This document shows, in pieces, positions 16,461 through 23,900 of a stretch of DNA of 64,000 nucleotides. A program made the translations under genes and the position numbers. The DNA lies in assembly GCA_944348085.1 (NCBI GenBank), contig CALVMU010000002.1, forward strand, positions 4,461 through 68,460. Direction: 5' to 3'. The notes beneath the pieces were generated by a model that did not search any database, had not been told where the DNA came from, and saw only the letters and a program-made list of their open reading frames with translations. Position 1 is the first letter of the stretch. Every line of letters starts with the position of its first letter. The DNA is from an uncultured Clostridia bacterium. Lineage in GTDB: Bacteria; Bacillota; Clostridia; Christensenellales; UBA1242.

Positions 16461-17450
16461 TTATAACAACTCTATTTGCTGCTCTTCGCAACTCTTTAAA
16501 GTATCTTTGTCCCAATAACTTGCTTGAACTTCACCAATATGAGCTCTACCAAGAAGTAACATGCAAAGTCTGCTCTGTCCTATTCCTCCTCCAATTGTAA
16601 GAGGAAGCTTATCTTCCAAAATGGCTTTGTGGAATGGATAGCTAAGTCTCTCCTTTTTGTCAGCTTTTTCAATTTGACTGAGAAGGCTTGTTTTGTCAAC
16701 TCTGATTCCCATGCTGGAGATTTCAAGAGCCTTATCAAGAACATCATGATAGAAAAGCAGATCTCCATCCAGACTCCAATCATCATAGTCTGGTGCTCTG
16801 AGATCATGTGGCTTGCCATCGCTCAAATCATCACCAATTTGCATGATGAAAACAGTTCTGTATTTTTTAGTGATTTTGTCTTCTCTTTCTTTCGCTGTAA
16901 GAGTTGGATACATATCTAAAAGTTGCTGAGTTGTGATGAAGTAAACATCTTTTGAAATGTCAATCCCCTTGAAACCTTTTGATTTGATAAAATCACTTGT
17001 CTCTGCAATTGCTTTAACGATTTTTCTTACCGTCTTTTTTAAATAATCAAAAGTTCGATCTTCTTTTGATATAACCTTTTCCCAATCCCATTGGTCAACA
17101 TAAATAGAATGAGTTGCGTCAACTTTATCATCTCTTCTTATTGCAGTCATGTCTGTATACAGACCTTTATGAAGAGGAAATTCATACTTTTTCAGCGCCA
17201 TCCTTTTCCATTTTGCAAGAGACTGAACAATTTCAAGATCTTTTCCGTCTTTGGCAATATCAAATGTGACCGCGCGTTCAGTTCCGCTTAAGTCATCTTG
17301 AAGCCCGCTTTCTCGCGTAACAACAATTGGGGCTGAAACTCTGACAAGGTCAAGTTCTTTTGCCAAAGCTTTTTCAAATTTGTCTTTTATAAGTTTTATA
17401 TATTTTTGTTTTTCGAGCACGCTCATTTTTATATATTTTTCTTTTAACAT
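16461..17450 (-). CDS. asnA: Aspartate--ammonia ligase (asparagine synthetase A)
   Basis: 329 aa with class-II aaRS-like AsnA features along the whole length: VSAPIVV..GLQDDLSG.ERAV.F, YVDQWDWE, GGGIGQSRLCMLLL. RBS AAGGAG. Confidence 0.9.
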   Translation of the reverse strand: MLKEKYIKMSVLEKQKYIKLIKDKFEKALAKELDLVRVSAPIVVTRESGLQDDLSGTERAVTFDIAKDGKDLEIVQSLAKWKRMALKKYEFPLHKGLYTDMTAIRRDDKVDATHSIYVDQWDWEKVISKEDRTFDYLKKTVRKIVKAIAETSDFIKSKGFKGIDISKDVYFITTQQLLDMYPTLTAKEREDKITKKYRTVFIMQIGDDLSDGKPHDLRAPDYDDWSLDGDLLFYHDVLDKALEISSMGIRVDKTSLLSQIEKADKKERLSYPFHKAILEDKLPLTIGGGIGQSRLCMLLLGRAHIGEVQASYWDKDTLKSCEEQQIELL

Positions 17451-17529
17451 AATTTTTCTCCTTAAATTTATATTTTTTTTGCAATTTTTTTACAAAAAAC
17501 ATTTAAGGAATAAAAAATCTGCCAAAAAA

Positions 17530-17592
17530 TCACCTTAAATGCTTAAAATTATTACCATCCTTTTCGCCCGCTACGGCATTAGTCTTTTTCAT
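17530..17592 (-). CDS. Small ORF (20 codons) with a very strong RBS between the attenuator and asnA
   Basis: AAAGGAGGTAAAT-ATG, encoding MKKTNAVAGEKDGNNFKHLR*. Coding status is unproven. Confidence 0.3.
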   Translation of the reverse strand: MKKTNAVAGEKDGNNFKHLR

Positions 17593-17612
17593 ATTTACCT
17601 CCTTTTTTCATA

Positions 17613-17639
17613 GAAAAAGCACCCTATAGAGAGGGTGCC
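17613..17639 (-). terminator. Attenuator hairpin 2: intrinsic terminator in the asnA leader
   Basis: Minus-strand RNA GCACCCU-CUCUAU-AGGGUGC followed by UUUUU. Confidence 0.65.
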
Positions 17640-17659
17640 ACTTAACAACAATAAATAAA

Positions 17660-17688
17660 AACACCCTCTTGGATTTCAAGAGAGTGTT
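17660..17688 (-). promoter_or_regulatory. Attenuator hairpin 1 (11-bp stem followed by a U-run) in the asnA leader
   Basis: Minus-strand RNA ACACUCUCUUG-AAAUC-CAAGAGGGUGU followed by UUUUU. Its 3' arm (AGAGGGUG) is also complementary to the 5' arm of hairpin 2 (CACCCUCU). Confidence 0.6.
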
Positions 17689-17727
17689 AAAACAAATTTA
17701 TTTTTTCAACAACAAAATTGAAACCCA

Positions 17728-17781
17728 TTATTTTAATGCGTTTAAATTATTATTGTTGTTGTTATTCAAAATTTGTCTCAT
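17728..17781 (-). CDS. Asn-rich leader peptide of the asnA attenuator
   Basis: ATG AGA CAA ATT TTG AAT AAC AAC AAC AAT AAT AAT TTA AAC GCA TTA AAA TAA encodes MRQILNNNNNNNLNALK*. That is 7 consecutive Asn codons and 8 Asn among 17. A weak SD (AAGGAA) lies upstream. The ORF sits between a consensus promoter and the two hairpins. Confidence 0.7.
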   Translation of the reverse strand: MRQILNNNNNNNLNALK

Positions 17782-17811
17782 TTTTGTTTCCTTTTTCTAT
17801 GATATAGTTTT

Positions 17812-17839
17812 ATTATATCACAATTTATGCTATTGTCAA
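17812..17839 (-). promoter_or_regulatory. Sigma-A-type promoter of the asnA leader
   Basis: The minus strand has TTGACA, a 16-nt spacer and TGaTATAAT (consensus -35, extended consensus -10). Confidence 0.65.
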
Positions 17840-17928
17840 CTGTTTTGTTATAATTTTTTACAAATTATGTTAAAAATTTTTATGATTATTAAAATAGTTA
17901 TTTTTCCTGTTTTGCGCATACTAAAAAC

Positions 17929-18422
17929 ATGGAATATGTTAAAGGCAAGCCATACTTTTGTGACTGCAAAGAAAAAATCAAACAGTATAGATATTTGGAT
18001 AGAGATTTTCACTGCGATATTTTGATTGTTGGAGGCGGGATAGATGGTGCCATCGCAAACTTTTATCTTGCGCAAAATTTTGATGTGGCACTTGTTGATA
18101 AAGGTCACATAGGTTTTGCCTGCACCGCATGCGCAACTGCTCTTTTGGAATATCAACTCGATGACAATGCCGCCGATCTTAAAAAAAACGATGAGCATAA
18201 AAACTTGTTGTTGATTATAAATTTTGTGCCTGTTTTGGAACAACGCAAAACAATCTAGGTCTTATTGGCGCTAGCAAGATTGAGGAAGACATATTGCTGT
18301 TTATAAGCTGCGGCGCAAACGGAATCATCAATGCCATGAAAGGCATTGAAATCATCGAAGATTTGCTTCAAGGGAAAAATAACAAACTTTCGTCAATTTC
18401 TTCACCAAAAAGAGAAGTTTAA
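17929..18422 (+). pseudogene. FAD-dependent oxidoreductase remnant (N-terminal ~85 aa and C-terminal ~55 aa in different frames, middle missing)
   Basis: The N-terminal piece has the dinucleotide-binding motif DILIVGGGIDGAIANFYLAQNFDVALVDKG. It then degenerates and stops at 18258. A second frame reads GLIGASKIEEDILLFISCGANGIINAMKGIEIIEDLLQGKNNKL...* and ends at 18422. Intact family members are several hundred aa long. Confidence 0.55.
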
Positions 18423-18441
18423 ATTTTAACGGAGCAAATTT

Positions 18442-19017
18442 TCAATTTTTGTTGTCCTCTTCTCCCCCACCCGAATTGTCTGATATTTCTACTGTCGAGC
18501 GTTGTTTTTTGTTTGTAATGGCAAAACTTATGATTGCCACAACAATTGAGCAAGTTTCAAAAGCATCCAAGATTGCTGTTGTATAAACTTGATGAAGAAT
18601 GGCAAATAACACAAGCAAAATATTTGGCGGAATCATTAAAATTCTTACAAGTTGCATGTTTTTCATAAACATAGCTATAGTAAAAACAATAGGTGTAATC
18701 ATTGTGATAAAGTCATAAGCGTCTGTATAAAACACTGCCCCAATTGTCAAATATATGGCTGAAAAGACTACCAAAAGATATAATGGAGGCTGTTTTTCCA
18801 TTTTTTCATAGAAAAATAAAATTACAACACGAATGCAAGAGATAAAAGAATTGATGCCTGCTACCATTGCATCTGCAAAAACAAAGGAGAGAGCATAAAA
18901 AATATTTGCAATTGTTTGAAATAGAAAAAAATGTGTTTTGTTTTTCAAAAACACAGATATCACAACGAGAATTAAGGCTATACCGCCCATAACTTGAGAA
19001 ATAATAAATTCAGCCAT
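18442..19017 (-). CDS. Integral membrane protein (possibly YgjV family)
   Basis: 191 aa with about 6 hydrophobic helices. The YgjV resemblance comes from memory only. Confidence 0.5.
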   Translation of the reverse strand: MAEFIISQVMGGIALILVVISVFLKNKTHFFLFQTIANIFYALSFVFADAMVAGINSFISCIRVVILFFYEKMEKQPPLYLLVVFSAIYLTIGAVFYTDAYDFITMITPIVFTIAMFMKNMQLVRILMIPPNILLVLFAILHQVYTTAILDAFETCSIVVAIISFAITNKKQRSTVEISDNSGGGEEDNKN

Positions 19018-19024
19018 AAACTTT

Positions 19025-19501
19025 TTACACCTGCTGGTTTTCTTCTTGTTTTTCCAAGATTTTTCTTATTTCGTTCATACTTTTTTTACAATAGTCATAA
19101 ACACTTTTGTTGCAATGGTCTATCTTTCCGAAATCAGCGCCAAGCTGTTTCAAAACCCTTAGACTGTTTGGTGCTTTTGAAAACACCGCATACATGCTTG
19201 CCGTTCTTCCCAAACGATCAGTTTGGTCTAATTCAAGTTTGCCACTCTCCGCCAACAAATATATGATTTCAAAGGCATCATGCTCACACAAATACATCAA
19301 AATGCTTTCATCGTCAACATCATTTTCAATAGCGTTGACATTTGCACCATTTGCAATTGCCTTTACAATTCTTTTTGAAACAGCATCGTTGTTGTTTCCG
19401 TTTAATTTATTTTCAATATAATCATGAACAGCTTTAAGAAGCTCTTTATCAACCTTTTCTTGCCGAGCCTTTTCTATTTTATTTTTCAAATCGTCAAACA
19501 T
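19025..19501 (-). CDS. Ankyrin-repeat protein
   Basis: Ankyrin-like repeats are visible: AIANGANVNAIEND..., ESILMYLCEHDAFEIIYLLAESG, GRTASMYAVFSKAPNSLRVLKQLGADF. Confidence 0.6.
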   Translation of the reverse strand: MFDDLKNKIEKARQEKVDKELLKAVHDYIENKLNGNNNDAVSKRIVKAIANGANVNAIENDVDDESILMYLCEHDAFEIIYLLAESGKLELDQTDRLGRTASMYAVFSKAPNSLRVLKQLGADFGKIDHCNKSVYDYCKKSMNEIRKILEKQEENQQV

Positions 19502-19659
19502 TTTCCACCTCTTTAAATCATTATACTATATCTATAATAAAAGTCAATTTAAATTATAACAATAACAATTCCAATCAAAATAAAAGCAAGAAAAATCAGC
19601 TTAAATGACTCTTTTTATGACTATAAAAAACAAAAAATGTCACAATTTAGTTTTTTGTC

Positions 19660-19691
19660 AAAAAAAGCTTAACAAAATGTTAAGCTTTTTC
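19660..19691 (-). terminator. Rho-independent terminator downstream of the 250-aa gene
   Basis: AGCTTAACA-loop-TGTTAAGCT flanked by A- and T-runs, so it could work in both directions. Confidence 0.6.
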
Positions 19692-19692
19692 G

Positions 19693-20445
19693 TTATTTTT
19701 GAGATCCTTTAACAAAATCTAATGCCTCTTGAGGAATTTTTCCTTCCATTTGACCTGCAATTTCAAGTGCAAGTTTTTGGTCAGTTACAAGATTTTTCTC
19801 ATCATTGAAAGGTTTATAGAATTTTGAACCTTTCATAATTGCTTCTGCGATTTTGTCATTGTCTAAGCCGTTTTCATCTGCAAAACCATTTGCTTCAAGA
19901 AAATCAGCCACTCTTTCATAATATCTCTCTTGAAGTTTTGCTTTGTCAACCTTAACGCCTAAATAGTTTAAGATTGGTTCAACAAACATAAGGTCTGATG
20001 TTGCTTCTTCCCAGCCAATCATTTCGATAGGAAAATGTTGATATCTTCTTCCTTCTCTTCCTTCTTGATTAAATTTTTTTGCATTGTCAGCAACCCAGCC
20101 ATCATGAATGCTTGTGAGAATGTCAAAAATTGCATCTTCTTTATTCGCAATTTTGGCAAAATCATCCGCAACATTTACAAAAACTTCCAAATCTTCTTTT
20201 GTTGGTTCAACATTTTCTTTGCTAAATGTTGCATCCAAAAGAGCTTGAGTTTTTTTGTCAGAATAGTTGAGCATTTTTCCAATAGCTTTTACCGCTGTTG
20301 TCATAGAATCAGTGGCATAAACTTGACCTTCAAGCTTATCAAAACTGCTTTCTTTGACAGCTTTTAAAGCTTCTTCGTCTGCCAGTTCGTTCCATCTCAT
20401 CAATGCTGCTTTTGCGACTTTTCTGTAAGGTGTTAATTGTGTCAT
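19693..20445 (-). CDS. Hypothetical acidic cytoplasmic protein (250 aa)
   Basis: Long ORF with coding-like composition. No confident family assignment. Confidence 0.55.
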   Translation of the reverse strand: MTQLTPYRKVAKAALMRWNELADEEALKAVKESSFDKLEGQVYATDSMTTAVKAIGKMLNYSDKKTQALLDATFSKENVEPTKEDLEVFVNVADDFAKIANKEDAIFDILTSIHDGWVADNAKKFNQEGREGRRYQHFPIEMIGWEEATSDLMFVEPILNYLGVKVDKAKLQERYYERVADFLEANGFADENGLDNDKIAEAIMKGSKFYKPFNDEKNLVTDQKLALEIAGQMEGKIPQEALDFVKGSQK

Positions 20446-20554
20446 ATTTTTTCCTCCTTATTGCAGCCAATAACACTTCAACTGCTTTTACATAAATATT
20501 ATAACATAAATCACAAAAAAAATCAATATACACAAGAAAATTATTTAAATTTGC

Positions 20555-20585
20555 TTGACTTGGAGTTTACTCCAATTGATATAAT
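20555..20585 (+). promoter_or_regulatory. Promoter with MerR-type architecture: TTGACT, 19-bp spacer containing a perfect 7-2-7 palindrome, TATAAT
   Basis: TTGACT(20555-20560), then TTGGAGT-TT-ACTCCAA (20560-20575), then TGATATAAT (-10 at 20580-20585). A dyad centred in an over-long 19-bp spacer is the hallmark of MerR-family activated promoters. Confidence 0.45.
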
Positions 20586-20609
20586 AATTAAAAATTAAGG
20601 AGGTGTTTT

Positions 20610-20771
20610 ATGAGTAAACATATAACAGAACTTGACCAAAATGTAAAAAGAAAAAAGGTGAATTTTAAAAACAGATATGGCTTTAAAGTGGTTGGAGAGC
20701 TTTACCACTCAAAAGATTGCGATTTGACAACAACTCATCCTGCCCTTATTGTCAGAGCTCTCCTTTGGTGA
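20610..20771 (+). pseudogene. Truncated alpha/beta-hydrolase-like gene (N-terminal 53 codons only)
   Basis: A strong RBS (AAGGAGG) precedes MSKHITELDQNVKRKKVNFKNRYGFKVVGELYHSKDCDLTTTHPALIVRALLW*. This looks like the N-terminus of dienelactone-hydrolase/peptidase S9-like proteins, cut just before the core. Confidence 0.35.
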
Positions 20772-20833
20772 TTTTCTCACCAATGCATTTTATAGCAGAG
20801 AAAGAAAAAATGTTTCAAGTTTGCTTTAAAAAC

Positions 20834-20884
20834 GCAAAACAAAAGCAGATAACAGCAAAATATGTAAAATGAGGTTATCTGCTT
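20834..20884 (-). terminator. Possible terminator of the GLUG-protein gene (long loop)
   Basis: AGCAGATAAC ... GTTATCTGCT 10-bp stem with a 20-nt loop, followed on the minus strand by a T-rich run. Confidence 0.35.
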
Positions 20885-20921
20885 ATATTTTATTCAAAAT
20901 TTTTAAAAATTGTTAAATTTT

Positions 20922-23900
20922 TTATGCAACTGTCAGTTCGGTCCATCCATCGCTTGTAAGGTCATCAAGTGTAACCGTGCCTGTCCAATAGTCGCTCATA
21001 GTTGAAAGAGCTTTAGGAATCGGACAACTGCTTGAATTGATCCAAGCAAACTCACTGAAATCATCACCTTGATAATATTTTACATCGTTAAGTATATACA
21101 AGTTGTTTGTCATTGTTATGTCAGCAGAGCCAACCAAAGTCAAATCCGCAATCTGTGATATTGCATAGCTGTTTGTTAGAGTGACTGGGATTGTGCTTAA
21201 ACCGATAAGCACTCCATGATTTGTTCCACCATATGTGATAGCGCTTTCAATTCCACTGCCCTCAATTGTAAATGTCACAGGATATGATTCAGTCGAACCT
21301 GAAACATTCAAATGTCCAACAAATCCACCGACATAGTCACCAGAAGAAGTCACACTGCCAAGATTGATGCAACCTGATAATGTGATGCTTGGAAGAGTGC
21401 TTGAATTTGAAACAACAAATTGTCCAATAAGACCTCCTGCATAATTGCCTGTTGCAGAAACTGGTCCATAGTTTTTCAAAGTCAAGATTGTGGAAACTGA
21501 AGTTGAACTTGAAGAATAAGATTGATTCATATAGCCAGCAATTCCACCGACATATTGGGTGCCTGAAACTGCTCCGTAGTTTGCGCTGTTGTTAACTATA
21601 CCATCCCCTGCAATTCCACCAACATATTGGGTGCCTGAAATATCTCCATAGTTGACACAATTTTCAAAGTCACATCCCATAGAGATATATCCAGCAATTC
21701 CACCAGTATTGATTTGGTCACTTGTCACATTGCCATAATTTATACAATTTGTGATGCCTAGAGGAGAATCATAGCTATAAAACACATAATATCCAAAAAT
21801 TCCACCAACGCCAAACTGACTACCGCTTGCCATTAATATGTTTACATCTATGTCTCCGCTGTTATAAGAATTTGAAATACCTGAAGAGCCACCTAAATAT
21901 GCAACCACTCCGCCAACATAATGCGCTTTGCCAGAAATAGAGCCTGTGTTATAACAATTGTTCAAAGTGGTTTCATAGCTATCACCAATCAAACCTCCAA
22001 CATAACCATTTGAACTTATTCCAAAAATATTTCCTGTATTATGTGAATTTGTCAAAGTTGTGTCATCTGTATCACTTACAATTCCGCCAGCATAAGAACC
22101 AGTCACACTGCCCTCATTGTAAACATTGTCGATTGTCAATGGAGATGTTGAATGAGAAAATTGTCCAATAATTCCTCCAGCAAAAGAAAGCCCAAGAATG
22201 TTGCCAGTGTTGCTACAACCAACAATTGAACCACCAGCTGAATCTCCTCCAGCGATAATGCCTCCAGCTATTGAAGTGCCAATCACGACAGCCGAGTTAT
22301 GACAATTTTCGACATTGATTTGAACACTTGGACTTACCAACATCATCATGCCAACAACTCCAGCCGCCCCATCATTTTGTATATATGATTCAGCAATGTT
22401 TATATTTTTAAGAGTTATATTGTCATTTAGTCCAATAACAACACCAAAAAGTCCGCCTATATAGTCAGAACCGTCTGTAAACATTCCTGTGATCTCATAT
22501 CCACCGCCGTCATAGTTTCCAGAGAATATTAAATAAGTTTGATTGACCATGTCAATGTTGCCAATTGCATTCCAAACATGTGCCGAAAGGTCAATGTCTG
22601 CTGTTTGCTTGAAATAGACTCCTGAAAACTGCATTTTCATTATCATTCCGCCGCCCATATCCATCGAGTCACCTTCAGCAAGATTGTTGTTGACAAGATA
22701 GGAAAGATATGCAAGATGCTCAGGTGTTGAGATGATGTAAGGGTCTTCTTCTGTGCCAGTTCCTCCGCCAAAAGAGGTGCCACGATATTCTTCATCAATC
22801 CAATTGCCTTGAATGGTTGAAGTGAAAACAGGATAGCCATCATTTTCGCCTTCAACAAAGCCCCAAAGTGAATAGAAATTCCAGCCACCAGCCCAAGCAT
22901 CACTCAAGTACCATTCCTGTGTTTTTGCAAGCGTGGTGATGTTTGGTTCATACACACCACCCAAATCTTCACCACTGCTAATGTCTGGCAAATCTTGCGT
23001 TGCACCATCACCATAAATCACATTAACTATTGACAAAACACTTACACTGCTTGCTCCACCAATTATTGCACCAACCAAGTTTTCTGCGCCTGTGACAGAA
23101 CCAATATTGAAGCAATTTATTACTGTGAGAGATTTGTTTGAATAAGGAGTATAATAACCCACAAGTCCGCCAGCATAGCCAGTTGATAAAATGTTGCCGC
23201 GATTATAAACGAAAGCCACCACTATAGGGTCTGAACTACTTACATTATTTAGTCTTACAGCATTTCCGAAAACACCACCAACTGCAGAAGTGTTGCTGCC
23301 ATTGGTCAGCTCAACATTTCCTAGATTATAGCAATTTGTTATACTGATAGTGTAATCTATACCACCAGCAAGACCTCCTATATAGCCTTGACCTCCATTA
23401 ACGCTGACATTGCCAATGTTATATGAATTGCTTATTCCTCCTGTGTAACCAGCAAGACCGCCAATGTTTGAAGAATAGTTTGTGCCAACAACATTTGCCA
23501 CAATGTTGCCTTCATTTATGCAAGAAGATATGGTCCCATAACCATAGCCAGCAATGCCTCCCACAGCAAGACCAATATAGGAGATGCTTGAACCTACAGA
23601 TGTTTTTGAGGTTACCGTTATATCTCCATAATTGTTGGAGTTAGCGATATAAGTTGATGTCAATCCAGCAATTCCGCCAACATTTCCTCTAGCCGCATAA
23701 AAAGAACCATTATAAGCACCTTGTGAGTCAATAACGAAAGAAGCAGTGATCGAACCATAATTTTCACAGTTTATTATTTGTGACGAGTTTCTGTCATAAC
23801 CATATATTCCGCCAACTGCAGTTGCGTTAGAACCATAGATATTTCCATAATTCTTACAATTGCTGACTGTGGTTTGACTAACATATCCAGCAATGCCCCC

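Noticed and set aside
17600-17700. T-box riboswitch upstream of asnA (GTGGCACC resembles part of the GGTGGTACC T-box core)
   Set aside because: The match to the 14-nt T-box consensus is only partial. I could not find a specifier-loop or stem I architecture, and the leader is short. The poly-Asn mini-ORF plus alternative hairpins explains the region better.
17669-18243. ORF-track ORFs 17669..18025 (+) and 17848..18243 (-)
   Set aside because: Their translations are low-complexity and AT-driven (F/I/L/K rich). They overlap the asnA promoter and leader and the FAD-oxidoreductase remnant, and have no RBS or motifs.
19693-20445. RyR-like domain in the 250-aa acidic protein (IHDGWV...RYQHFPIEMIGWEE)
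   Set aside because: The resemblance rests on a few residues recalled from memory and is too weak to annotate.
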